A stretch of DNA of 64,000 nucleotides from Eledone cirrhosa (GCA_964016885.1 OZ024754.1:11656001-11720000); one strand, 5' to 3'. Shown: positions 26,520-38,792, counted from the stretch's first letter. Numbers and translations: made by a program. The notes: generated by a model from the letters alone, not told the origin.

Positions 26520-27760
26520 ATGTACGAGTCATGACATACACACAGATACATGCATGTGTACGGAGGCGGAATATCAAGTGTAGTGTTGGCGAATTTAGGG
26601 AAGCATGGAGGTTTTAAAGAATGCAGTTTCCCGACAGCTAACAACCGATGCAGGTAGTTTGTTCCATGGAGGTTTTAAAGGATGCAGTGCCTCGACAGCT
26701 AACAACCGATGCAAGTAGTTTGTTCCATGGAGGTTTTAAAGAATGCAGTTTCTCGACAGCTAACAACCGATGCAGGTAGTTTGTTCCATGGAGGTTTTAA
26801 AGGAAGCAGTGCCTCGACAGCTAACAACCGATGCAGGTAGTTTGTTCCATGGAGGTTTTAAAGAATGCAGTTTCCCGACAGCTAACAACCGATGCAGGTA
26901 GTTTGTTCCATGGAGGTTTTAAAGGATGCAGTGCCTCGACAGCTAACAACCGATGCAGGTAGTTTGTTCCATGGAGGTTTTAAAGAATGCAGTTTCCCGA
27001 CAGCTAACAACCGATGCAAGTAGTTTGTTCCATGGAGGTTTTAAAGAATGCAGTTTCCCGACAGCTAACAACCGATGCAAGTAGTTTGTTCCATGGAGGT
27101 TTTAAAGAATGCAGTTTCCCGACAGCTAACAACCGATGCAAGTAGTTTGTTCCATGGAGGTTTTAAAGAATGCAGTTTCCCGACAGCTAACAACCGATGC
27201 AAGTAGTTTGTTCCATGGAGGTTTTAAAGAATGCAGTTTCCCGACAGCTAACAACCGATGCAAGTAGTTTGTTCCATGGAGGTTTTAAAGAATGCAGTTT
27301 CCCCGACAGCTAACAACCGATGCAAGTAGTTTGTTCCATGGAGGTTTTAAAGAATGCAGTTTCCCGACAGCTAACAACCGATGCAAGTAGTTTGTTCCAT
27401 GGAGGGTTTTAAAGAATGCAGTTTCCCGACAGCTAACAACCGATGCAGGTAGTTTGTTCCATGGAGGTTTTAAAGAATGCAGTTTCCCGACAGCTAACAA
27501 CCGATGCAAGTAGTTTGTTCCATGGAGGTTTTAAAGAATGCAGTTTCCCGACAGCTAACAACCGATGCAGGTAGTTTGTTCCATGGAGGTTTTAAAGAAT
27601 GCAGTTTCCCGACAGCTAACAACCGATGCAGGTAGTTTGTTTCATGCTTCAGCAACACCGAGTGTGAAAAAATATTTCTAAATGTCATGGGAGCTGTGCT
27701 GTTTTCTGACTTTGTAGGCATGCCCACTGGTGTTAGACACATGGAATTAAAAAAGGTGCA
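26520..27760 (-). mobile_element. CR1 3' fragment containing a 61-bp tandem array (~17 copies, 26604-27645)
   Basis: Flanks match the CR1 at 20510-21162. The unit GGAGGTTTTAAAGAATGCAGTTTCCCGACAGCTAACAACCGATGCAGGTAGTTTGTTCCAT encodes WNKLPASVVSCRETAFFKT. Confidence 0.9.
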
Positions 27761-28087
27761 TATGTTGTATCAATAGTTCAGTTTATAAAACACAAACAAA
27801 AATTTAAGAAACAAATAATCTTCAGTTAGTGTGTCAAAATACACAACAGTTTCTCTGTACTCGACAGAACATATGACCATATGTACGCAAGATGCAGACC
27901 CCACAGTCTGTCTGGGAGGTCAGGTTGACCCTCCAACCCTTGCTTGCAGAGAAAGCAGTAGATCATGATGATGATGGGGACAACGGTAATGACAATACAC
28001 TATTGGAGAACATTATTACTTTACTTACGTACAAGAATAACTGGATGACACATCAATTGGCTTTGCCATACCCTGCTCATAGTGGAA

Positions 28088-28123
<36 letters not shown>

Positions 28124-28300
28124 TAGCGTGGAAGATGGACGTTAAACGATGATGAATGATGATGATATATATATATATATATCATCATCATTCATGATGA
28201 TGATATATATACGAGGTCGATAAAATAAAGTACCAGTAATACACTGGGATGATTGCTGGCCTTGTGCCAAAAATAGAAACAATTACTATTATATATATAT

Positions 28301-31300
28301 CATCATCATCATCATCATCACCGTTTTACGTCCGTTCTTCCACGCTAGCATGGGTTAGACGGGTTGTCCTGTTGTGGGCAGTGTCTGGTCGGCTGACCAT
28401 GCCTTGCTCATACAGGAACTGATCTGGCTTGATTTCTACAGCTGGATGCCCTTCCTAACACCAACCTCATTTACAGTGAGTGCTGGGTGCTTTTTCGTGG
28501 CGCCTACACGTCCACTTTACAGTGTGGGCTGGGTGCTTTTTTGCCGTGGCACCTCCACGACCACCTTGCGGTGGTGGGGGGGGGGGGGGCATATTGTTTA
28601 TATGCTTCAGCATGTACCCATGGGAGGTCGGGTACCCTGTATTACTGCGTGACGCCAGAAGTCACGGTCGTGTGTCATTGACTTTGAGAGGTGTAGTTGG
28701 GTAAGGTCGGCTTTTATCACCTCATCCCAAGTCATCTTGGGTCTCCCCACTCCGCGGTTTCCATCAACTTCTAGTGCTCTGCACCTTTTTATGCAGCTGT
28801 CATCCTTCATACGCATCACATGTCCATACCAGCGTAACCGCCTCTCCTGCACGCAGCATTTGATTCCTCTTATGCTCAGTCTCTCTCTCAATTCATTTAT
28901 GCTTTGTCGTTCACGTATATTTCTGTTACACATCCATCGGAGCATGCAGGCTTCGTTTCTCTCTAATCTACGTAAGTCTTCCACCTTCAGCGCCCAGGTC
29001 TCACTACCATGCAACATCGCTGTTCGGATACACGCATCATACAGTCTGCCTTTCATTCTGAGGGAGAAGCCTTTTGCAGCTAGCAGTGGTAGTAGTTCCC
29101 TAAACTTCTTCCATCCCGTTCTTACCCTAGTTATTGTACTTTCTGAGCACCCACCTCCGTTGCTAATTCGGTCACCTAGGTAGCAGAAGCTGTCTACTGT
29201 TTCTACAGGGCCCTCCCAGAGATTGGTGGTACTTGTTTCCTGTGGCTGTTTGCTTGCTGTTTCAGCACAGCTGCTGCATGTGAATCCTACATTCTTAATT
29301 AAGCTTCCTGAGATCCCGCTACATCTCTTGTGTACCCATTGTTTGCATTTGGGGCAAAGAATGGAGTTCCTACCTACACCTTTCCTACATACTGAGCAAG
29401 GCCATTTCCCTGAGGGGATCTGGGTTCTGTTTTCTCGTCTACTTATAAGGACCTTAGTCTTTGTCATGTTGACTTTGAGGCCCTTTCTCTCTAGTCCCTG
29501 CTTCCAGGTTTGGAATTTATTCTCTAGTTCTACCATAGATTCAGCTATGAGTGCGAGGTCATCAGCATACAGGAGTTCCCATGGGCATCCGGTCTTAAAC
29601 TCCTCCGTTATTGCCTGCAGGACTATGATGAACAGGAGAGGGCTAAGAACAGAGCCCTGGTGGACCCCAACCTGTACGCTAAATTCCTCGCTATACTCAT
29701 TGCCAATCCTAACTTTGCTGACTGCTCCCCTATACATGGCTTGTACCGCTTTCACAAGCCATTCATCTACTCCTAGTTTTCTAAGAGCCCACCAGATTAC
29801 TGCACGTGGAACTCTGTCAAAGGCTTTCTCAAGGTCGACAAATGCCAAGTAGAGTGGCTTACTTTTAGCTAGGTACTTTTCCTGTAATTGCCTCACAAGG
29901 AAGAGCGCATCAGTGGTGCCTTTCCCTGGAACAAACCCAAATTGCATCTCGTCTATATTCACCCGGTCCCTAATCAGCTGTGCTATAACTCTTTCTGTTA
30001 CTTTCATGACCTGGTCCATCAACTTTATACCTCTATAGTTTCCTCTATCTAGTGCATCGCCTTTACCTTTGTAGCAGTTGACAATGATGCTACTGCACCA
30101 ATCTTTTGGTATGGCCCCCTCTAGTATTACCTGGTTAACGATACGTGTGGTTATAGTGTGACCTACAGACCCAGATGCCTTCAGCATCTCGGCAGCTATA
30201 CCCGATGGACCGGTTGCCTTCCCTATCTTCATATCTCTGATTGCCTTACTTACTACGCTGCCGCTGACTTGTACTGCTGGTCCCTCTATAGGGTCTACGT
30301 GGGGTAGGGTCTCTTCTTCCCATGCATTCTCCTCATTTAGTAATCTATCATAATGACTCTTCCATGCATCTTTCTTCTCAGCACTTGTGAGGGCAAGCTC
30401 ACCTTTATCATTCCGGATACACTTCTCTCCAATGACATCACAACTATCTCTGACACACTGCCTCGCAATCTTGAATACCTCCTGTTTCTGGTCCTCACGT
30501 TGTAAAACATGCTTGAATTTTCTATCCTCTGCTTCCCTCCTAGCTAAGTATACTTGTCGCCTAGCTTCCCTCTTGGTCTCTATGTAATGTACCCTGCTCC
30601 CCCCGTTCTTCCATTCTTTCCATGCCTGTCTCTTGGCCTTGACTGCTTCATCTACCTTATTGTTCCACCACCAAGTCACTCTCCTCCTGCTTGAGGTCTT
30701 ACTCCAGCCACAAACCTCATCCGTCGCCTCTAGTAAGTTATTTTTTAGGAACTCCCAGTTCTCTTCTACGTTAAATGTCTCTATCTGTTCTTCTTTACTG
30801 TCGTAGGCGTTGAGTAAAATATCTTTAAATCTGTTACTGGTTGAGGGGACTTTCAGCTTCCAGATCTTTCTTCTCCAGGTTGGCCTCTGTTTCAGGGCTC
30901 GTCTAGTTCTGACCGTGAGGTCGCTGACAACTAAGCTATGTTGGGATGTACATTCCTCACTAGGGAAGGCTTTTGTGTTTACGACCGTCCATCTGTCACG
31001 TCCTCTGATGAGGATAAAATCTAACTGACTAGAGTGCTCCCCTGATCTATAGGTGATCAGGTGGTTGTCGGGTTTTTTAAAGTTTGTGTTACATATCGAC
31101 ATGTCATTGGCGTCGCAGAATTCTAGAAGTCTGAATCCTTCCTCATTCCTTGTGCCAACTCCATGGCCTCCATGTACTCTATTGAAGCCGTCGCAGTGTT
31201 TACCTACGTGTCCGTTAAAATCTCCTGCAATGATTAGGAAGTCCTTGTCGTCTGTTAGAGCAGTAGTGTGTATTAGGGACTCGTAAAACCTATCCTTAAG

Positions 31301-31570
31301 TTCGTCTGGCAGCCCCGATTGGGGTGCGTAAGCTGATATTATTGTGGTAATTGTCTTATTCAGGACTAGTCTGAGTTTAATGATTCTTGCATTTACCCTG
31401 TACACTGAGATTACTTTATCTACCCACTTGTCAGCTAATAGTATACCTACACCACCCATCCCATCGTCATTTCCCACCCAGAAAAATTTGTAGCACTGGC
31501 TTTTTCCTACAAGGACTCTAGCAGACCCTCCTCTCCATCTAGTCTCTTGCACACAGCATACATCAACTAT
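28301..31570 (-). mobile_element. Nearly full-length RTE-clade LINE, slightly 5'-truncated, inserted in (TA)n
   Basis: Uninterrupted ~980-aa ORF, a 300-nt 3'UTR and a (TGA)n tail; both ends abut (TA)n. Confidence 0.97.
28607..31570 (-). CDS. RTE ORF: AP endonuclease + reverse transcriptase with an inserted PHD finger (no native ATG)
   Basis: APE motifs VDVCCVQETRW, GDFNGHVG, SQLDFIL and SQHSLV; RT motifs FVDLEKAFD, GVHQGSVLSPLLF and LLYADD; C4HC3 finger CSVC...CPKC...H.RC...CSSC. Confidence 0.93.
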   Translation of the reverse strand: MVDVCCVQETRWRGGSARVLVGKSQCYKFFWVGNDDGMGGVGILLADKWVDKVISVYRVNARIIKLRLVLNKTITTIISAYAPQSGLPDELKDRFYESLIHTTALTDDKDFLIIAGDFNGHVGKHCDGFNRVHGGHGVGTRNEEGFRLLEFCDANDMSICNTNFKKPDNHLITYRSGEHSSQLDFILIRGRDRWTVVNTKAFPSEECTSQHSLVVSDLTVRTRRALKQRPTWRRKIWKLKVPSTSNRFKDILLNAYDSKEEQIETFNVEENWEFLKNNLLEATDEVCGWSKTSSRRRVTWWWNNKVDEAVKAKRQAWKEWKNGGSRVHYIETKREARRQVYLARREAEDRKFKHVLQREDQKQEVFKIARQCVRDSCDVIGEKCIRNDKGELALTSAEKKDAWKSHYDRLLNEENAWEEETLPHVDPIEGPAVQVSGSVVSKAIRDMKIGKATGPSGIAAEMLKASGSVGHTITTRIVNQVILEGAIPKDWCSSIIVNCYKGKGDALDRGNYRGIKLMDQVMKVTERVIAQLIRDRVNIDEMQFGFVPGKGTTDALFLVRQLQEKYLAKSKPLYLAFVDLEKAFDRVPRAVIWWALRKLGVDEWLVKAVQAMYRGAVSKVRIGNEYSEEFSVQVGVHQGSVLSPLLFIIVLQAITEEFKTGCPWELLYADDLALIAESMVELENKFQTWKQGLERKGLKVNMTKTKVLISRRENRTQIPSGKWPCSVCRKGVGRNSILCPKCKQWVHKRCSGISGSLIKNVGFTCSSCAETASKQPQETSTTNLWEGPVETVDSFCYLGDRISNGGGCSESTITRVRTGWKKFRELLPLLAAKGFSLRMKGRLYDACIRTAMLHGSETWALKVEDLRRLERNEACMLRWMCNRNIRERQSINELRERLSIRGIKCCVQERRLRWYGHVMRMKDDSCIKRCRALEVDGNRGVGRPKMTWDEVIKADLTQLHLSKSMTHDRDFWRHAVIQGTRPPMGTC

Positions 31571-31800
31571 ATATCAATATATATATATATATATATATAT
31601 AATAGTAATTGTTTCTATTTTTGGCACAAGGCCAGCAATCATCCCAGTGTATTACTGGTACTTTATTTTATCGACCTCGTAGGGATGAAAGGCAAAGTTA
31701 ATAGTAATAATAATAAATTTGAAGGCTAAAATCCAAAGAGGGCTCGATAAGGATAAATATATATCAAATATATAAGAACCGTAGAAATTAATATATATAT

Positions 31801-31865
<65 letters not shown>

Positions 31866-32603
31866 GAGAGAGAGAGAGAGAGATTGGAAATAGCACGGAA
31901 AATATATTTAAGGATCTATTTTCTTTTTTTTCTTCTTTGATTCTTCAAAGTGAGAGAAACAATTCTTTTTTTTTTAAAAAAAAAGGACTTTTATATTGTA
32001 TATTATAAAACTCCTTTTTTTAAAAAGAATTGTTCCTCTCATATTTTTGACAAATCAGAAGAAAAAAAAGGAAAATAGATCCTTAAATATATTTTCTGTG
32101 CTATTTTCAATTCCACTTTTTCTCTATAACCCCTGTTTTGTATAGAACCTTACTCCCTTTTCAAATATATAGATATATATATATACATCCACACAAGTGG
32201 TTGTGTAGGCGGCATGGTAAAAAGCACCCAGTACTCATTGTAAATGAGGTTGGTGTTAAGAAGGGCATCCAGCTGTAGAAACCAAGCCAAAATCAGTTTT
32301 GTATGAGCAAGACATGGTCACTTGACCTGGCATTGCCCACAACAGGACAACTCGTCTAACCCATGCTAGCGTGGAAGAATGGGCGTATAACAGTGATGAT
32401 GATGATGACATCCACACACACACACGGTGTAATTACTATGGTTGATAAACCACAAAACAATACAGCCCATTTTAATTGCTTTAGGCCTACTCACAGAAGA
32501 TCATATGTTTTCATTAATGAAATAAACATTTGTAAGTTCACCCAAATGGATTAATAAAAAATACAATAAAATACAATAGAATATAAATGGAAATCCTACT
32601 TAC

Positions 32604-32682
32604 GCAGCTTCCTCTCCATCTCCTCACATCTGCGAACTTCATTTACAAATTTACGCTGGAAGGCATTCACATCAGGGTTTAA
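32604..32682 (-). CDS. ATP6V0A1: V-ATPase subunit a, coding exon 2 (LNPDVNAFQRKFVNEVRRCEEMERKL+R)
   Basis: 79 nt; ttttag acceptor and GTAAGT donor; conserved FQRKFVNEVRRC motif; phase 0 to 1. Confidence 0.97.
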
Positions 32683-32865
32683 CTAAAATGGAAATCATTT
32701 CAGGAAAAAAAAAAGAAAGAAAATATATATTTAAAATAAATAAAAATTAATAAAGGAATAAATAAAATAAAAGATGCATAAACAAACAATAAAAAAAAAA
32801 CTTATTTCACAAAATATCAGTAATCCATACTTCTTTTTCTACTCTTCCTTGTCTATTTATTTCCG

Positions 32866-33190
32866 AGAGAGTCATGGGGGGGGGGGAGTCCTAGGAAACC
32901 TTCTAAAGGGTCCTACCAGAAGCAATAGTCTCCATCCTTGCCTATTTATTTCTGAGAGGGTCATGGGAGGGGGGGGGAGTCCTAGGAACACCTTCTAAAG
33001 GGTCCTACAAGAAGCAATAGTCTCCATCCTTGCCTATTTATTTCTGAGAGGGTCATGGGAGGGGGGAGTCCTAGGAACACCTTCTAAAGGGTCCTACCAG
33101 AAGCAATAGTCTCCATCCTTGCCTATTTATTTCTGAGAGGGTCATGGGAGGGGGGGGGGTCCTAGGAACACCTAAAGGGTTCTAGCAGAA
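32866..33190. repeat. ~92-bp tandem repeat (~3.5 copies)
   Basis: Unit GAGAGGGTCATGGGA(G)nAGTCCTAGGAACACCTTCTAAAGGGTCCTACCAGAAGCAATAGTCTCCATCCTTGCCTATTTATTTCT. Confidence 0.85.
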
Positions 33191-33554
33191 GCAACAATTT
33201 TCAAATAATCCGGCTGGATTCCCAAGATAAAACACCCAAGTTTATGGCTGTTTACCCACAATCTACCTCTGTTTACACACCATCTACCTCTGTTTACCCA
33301 CCATCTACCTCTTTTTACCCACCATCTACCTTTGGGTCTCCCACTGATGGCTTTGACTATAAAATATCAAATTAATTCCTTCTGCTAAAATTTTTAATTT
33401 GACAATTTTTTACTCTTTTACTAGTCTCAATCATTAGACTGTGGTCAAGCTGGGGCACCGGTTTGAAGGGATTTTAGTTAACCATAGTTAACCCCAATAC
33501 ATATTTTCAAGACTGGTACTTATTTGATCAAACTCCAGTATATTTAACAACTGA

Positions 33555-34362
33555 AAAGTCCACTATACACAACAAGAGAAAAATCCACTATATACAACAA
33601 GAAAAGTCCACTATACACAACAAGAGAAAAGTCCACTATACACAACTAGAGAAAAGTCCACTATATACAACAAGAGAAAAGTCCACTTTACACAACAAGA
33701 GAAAAGTCCACTTTACACAACAAGAGAAAAGTCCACTATACACAACAAGAGAACAGTCCACTATATACAACAAGAGAAAAGTTCACTATACACAACAAGA
33801 GAACAGTCCACTATACACAACAAGAGAAAAGTTCACTATACACAACAAGAGAACAGTCCACTATATACAAGAGAACAGTCCACTATATACAAGAGAACAG
33901 TCCACTATATACAAGAGAAAAGTCCACTATACACAACAAGAGAACAGTCCACTATACACAACAAGAGAACAGTCCACTATACACAACAAGAGAACAGTCC
34001 ACTATACACAACAAGAGAAAAGTTCACTATACACAACAAGAGAACAGTCCACTATATACAAGAGAACAGTCCACTATATACAAGAGAACAGTCCACTATA
34101 TACAAGAGAAAAGTCCACTATACACAACAAGAGAACAGTCCACTATACACAACAAGAGAAAAGTCCACTATACACAACAAGAGAACAGTCCACTATACAC
34201 AACAAGAGAAAAGTCCACTATACACAACAAGAGAACAGTCCACTATACACAACAAGAGAACAGTCCACTATACACAACAAGAGAAAAGTCCACTATACAC
34301 AACAAGAGAACAGTCCACTATACACAACAAGAGAACAGTCCACTATACACAACAAGAGAAAA
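33555..34362. repeat. 25-bp (variant 22-bp) minisatellite, ~33 copies
   Basis: Unit GTCCACTATACACAACAAGAGAA(A/C)A. Confidence 0.92.
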
Positions 34363-34615
34363 GGCCAGTCTAATGTTGACAATTTCCTATATCTAATAAG
34401 CAGGTTGTCAAAGTATATATAACAAGAGAAAATAAGGCATGTAATTTAAAATTAAGTAATTACTAAATGGCTGAGCATTAATTACTTGGATATCAAGTTT
34501 CCCAGAGCAGCCATGATGTTGCCAGGTGTCTCATAAACTAATTTATTTGCAAATTTAAATAATTCTTGTTGTTGGAAATAATTTCTTGGGTTTAGAACAG
34601 TTATGGGAAAACTGT

Positions 34616-37205
34616 GGCATGTGGGTCACATGCAGCCTGTTTAACCTTCTGATGTGTGGCTCACATGTAGCTTGTTTAACTTTCTCATAGGCATGTGGGT
34701 CACATGCAGCCTGTTTAACCTTCTGATGTGTGGCTCACATGTAGCTTGTTTAACTTTCTCATAAGCATGTGGGTCACATGCAGCCTGTTTAACCTTCTGA
34801 TGTGTGGCTCACATGTAGCTTGTTTAACTTTCTCATAGGCATGTGGGTCACATGCAGCCTGTTTAACCTTCTGATGTGTGGCTCACATGTAGCTTGTTTA
34901 ACTTTCTCATAAGCATGTGGGTCACATGCAGCCTGTTTAACCTTCTGATGTGTGGCTCACATGTAGCTTGTTTAACTTTCTCATAGGCATGTGGGTCACA
35001 TGCAGCCTGTTTAACCTTCTGATGTGTGGCTCACATGTAGCTTGTTTAACTTTCTCATAAGCATGTGGGTCACATGCAGCCTGTTTAACCTTCTGATGTG
35101 TGGCTCACATGTAGCTTGTTTAACTTTCTCATAAGCATGTGGGTCACATGCAGCCTGTTTAACCTTCTGATGTGTGGCTCACATGTAGCTTGTTTAACTT
35201 TCTCATAAGCATGTGGGTCACATGCAGCCTGTTTAACCTTCTGATGTGTGGCTCACATGTAGCTTGTTTAACTTTCTCATTGGCATGTGGGTCACATGCA
35301 GCCTGTTTAACCTTCTGATGTGTGGCTCACATGTAGCTTGTTTAACTTTCTCATTGGCATGTGGGTCACATGCAGCCTGTTTAACCTTCTGATGTGTGGC
35401 TCACATGTAGCTTGTTTAACTTTCTCATTGGCATGTGGGTCACATGCAGCCTGTTTAACCTTCTGATGTGTGGCTCACATGTAGCTTGTTTAACTTTCTC
35501 ATAGGCATGTGGGTCACATGCAGCCTGTTTAACCTTCTGATGTGTGGCTCACATGTAGCTTGTTTAACTTTCTCATAAGCATGTGGGTCACATGCAGCCT
35601 GTTTAACCTTCTGATGTGTGGCTCACATGTAGCTTGTTTAACTTTCTCATAGGCATGTGGGTCACATGCAGCCTGTTTAACCTTCTGATGTGTGGCTCAC
35701 ATGTAGCTTGTTTAACTTTCTCATAAGCATGTGGGTCACATGCAGCCTGTTTAACCTTCTGATGTGTGGCTCACATGTAGCTTGTTTAACTTTCTCATAG
35801 GCATGTGGGTCACATGCAGCCTGTTTAACCTTCTGATGTGTGGCTCACATGTAGCTTGTTTAACTTTCTCATAAGCATGTGGGTCACATGCAGCCTGTTT
35901 AACCTTCTGATGTGTGGCTCACATGTAGCTTGTTTAACTTTCTCATAAGCATGTGGGTCACATGCAGCCTGTTTAACCTTCTAATGTGTGGCTCACATGT
36001 AGCTTAACTTTCTCATTGGCATGTGGGTCACATGCAGCCTGTTTAACTTTCTCTCTGACATGTGGCTCACATGTAGCTTGTTTAACTCTCATTGGCATGT
36101 GAGTCACATGCAGCCTGTTTAACTTTCTCTCTGACGTGTGGCTCACATGTAGCTTGTTTAACTTTCTCATTGGCATGTGGGTCACATGTAGCTTGTTTAA
36201 CTTTCTCTCTGACGTGTGGCTCACATGTAGCTTGTTTAACTTTCTCATTGGCATGTGGGTCACATGTAGCTTGTTTAACTTTCTCGTTGGCATGTGGGCC
36301 ACATGCAGCCTGTTTAACTTTCTCTGACATGTGGCTCACATGTAGCTTGTTTAACTTTCTCATTGGCATGTGGGTCACATGTAGCTTGTTTAACTTTCTC
36401 ATTGGCATGTGGACCACATGCAGCCTGTTTAACTTTCTCTGACATGTGGCTCACATGTAGCTTGTTTAATTTTCTCATTGGCATGTGGACCACATGCAGC
36501 CTGTTTAACTTTCTCTGACATGTGGCTCACATGTAGCTTGTTTAACTCTCTCATTGGCATGTGGGTCACATGCAGCCTGTTTAACTTTCTCATTGGCATG
36601 TGGACCACATGCAGCCTGTTTAACTTTCTCTGACATGTGGCTCACATGTAGCTTGTTTAACTTTCTCATTGGCATGTGAGTCACATGTAGCTTGTTTAAC
36701 TTTCTCATTGGCATGTGGGCCACATGCAGCCTGTTTAACTTTCTCTGACATGTGGCTCACATGTAGCTTGTTTAACTTTCTCATTGGCATGTGGGCCACA
36801 TGCAGCCTGTTTAACTTTCTCTCTGACGTGTGGCTCACATGTAGCTTGTTTAACTTTCTCATTGGCATGTGGGCCACATGCAGCCTGTTTAACTTTCTCT
36901 GACATGTGGCTCACATGTAGCTTGTTTAACTTTCTCATTGGCATGTGGGCCACATGCAGCCTGTTTAACTTTCTCTGACATGTGGCTCACATGTAGCTTG
37001 TTTAACTTTCTCATTGGCATGTGGGCCACATGCAGCCTGTTTAACTTTCTGACGTGTGGCTCACATGTAGCTTGTTTAACTTTCTCATTGGCATGTGGGC
37101 CACATGCAGCCTGTTTAACTTTCTCTCTGACATGTGGCTCACATGTAGCTTGTTTAACTTTCTCATTGGCATGTGGGCCACATGCAGCCTGTTTAACTTT
37201 CTCAC
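34616..37205. repeat. ~74-78-bp dimeric satellite (~35 units)
   Basis: Unit GGCATGTGGGTCACATGCAGCCTGTTTAACCTTCTGATGTGTGGCTCACATGTAGCTTGTTTAACTTTCTCATA, made of two related ~37-39-bp monomers. Confidence 0.95.
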
Positions 37206-37655
37206 TGGTAAGCCTAGCAAAAAATTACCTTGAATATTTTTTTAGTAATGCGGTCTGCCTTATGATGAACCATAACTCATGTAGACCACTGCTCAAAAGA
37301 GGTTGCCCATGCTTGGTTAAGACAGAAAAATGTTATTGGAATTTTATGTTCACTTTCGATGCAGGCATAGATTGGCAGGGTGATCACAGTTCAAGACTAG
37401 ACTGGTGGAAGAGACTGTATCTTGCACATACATTCCATTTTTTGGCAGGGTTTCTACAACTAAGTGTCTAACCATTCTAAGTGGTATGATGGATTTTTTT
37501 TTGTTTTGTTTTATGGGAGCAGGGGTATTTAACATAATGCTCCGAGGATAATTGGTATAATTTTCATTATTGCTCCTGGATATTCCTACATTCTTGATAT
37601 TTATACATTTAATTCAGCAAATTTGTAGATTTTTTCTACTTTGTTTGTAACATCT

Positions 37656-38482
37656 ACTATCGGGCCGGGGCCTATGGACAACTTCCAGAAATCCCTGGCC
37701 TGGCAGTGCTACCGAGGAGCTTTGCCTGTTCGGGATAAACTCTACAGGCATGGAGGTGCTGTCAGCCAGGCATTTCCAAGATGTGCGCAGGGCGACGAAA
37801 CCATCCTTCACGCACTCGTCCAGTGTCCGAGCATTGCTGACTTGTGGGTTTATGTCGAACACCTGCTGTCACGTGTAGGACGGATCCAGCTATCAGCTGA
37901 GTCCATTGTGAGGATTGCCCCGCCCTCTTCCTTTAGCCGGGAAGGGCAGGCAATTTTTATCTGTCTGGTGGCCATGGCGAAAGAGATAGTATGGTGGACA
38001 CATTTGAAAGGGCTGAAGACGAGCACTTACCTCTTCGGTGATGCCCTGATTAACTTTTTCAAATTTCATTTGAAAAGGAAAATCAGGGTAGAGAGGGAAG
38101 TGTTCTCTTCCCAGCATTTTGTTGAAAGATGGGGACAGAGGCAAGAATGGCCTGAGTGAATGGGCCTACTCTGAGTATGTGTCTGTAAATTAAAGGTGGA
38201 AAACTGGGAGAGGGCAATTGCCCCGGTGGTCAGGGTCACTGTGGCTTTTTAATGGGCTTTCTCCACGAATGTCCCTCGGAAGTCTCCCCCCCATTGGGGA
38301 ATTTTTCATTGTTATTGTTTTTGTTACATCCTGTTTTTGTTTTTTTACACGCAGAAATGCCCATTTGTACCATCCTGTATTGTCCTGTACTGTCCTTAAT
38401 GTCTACTTTATGTAAACCCTTGTGGTTAATAAAGAAAGCATTATTATTATTATTATTATTATCAATATTATTATTATTATTA
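37656..38482 (+). mobile_element. L1/Tx1-clade LINE 3' fragment
   Basis: ORF 37641..38159 (SLAWQCYRGALPVRDKL...FPRCAQGDETILHALVQCP...LW) is the zf-RVT region with the first Cys mutated. The 3'UTR has AATAAA and an (ATT)n tail. Confidence 0.88.
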
Positions 38483-38792
38483 TAACCAAGAGGATGATGG
38501 ATTGGTAGAATCAATAGAACCTCAAAAAGAAAAAGGCTTTGTGGTATTTCTTCCAGCTCTCTATGTTCTTCGTTCAAATCCCACCAAAGTTAACTTTGCC
38601 TTTCATCATTCTAGGGTTGATAAAATAAAATGCCAATTAAGTGTTGGGGTTGATATAATCGACTTTCCCCTTTACTTCCAAATTTCTGGCCTTATTCCAA
38701 TGTTAGAAAGAATTATTATAACAATGAAGGTGTGTGGCTTAGTGGTTAGGGAGTTGGATTCACAAATATAGTTAAAAGAAGGTACTACTTAC

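Noticed and set aside
5075-37205. Regular arrays resembling CRISPR (40, 61, 25 and 74 bp units)
   Set aside because: The units are contiguous with no unique spacers, there are no cas genes and the context is eukaryotic.
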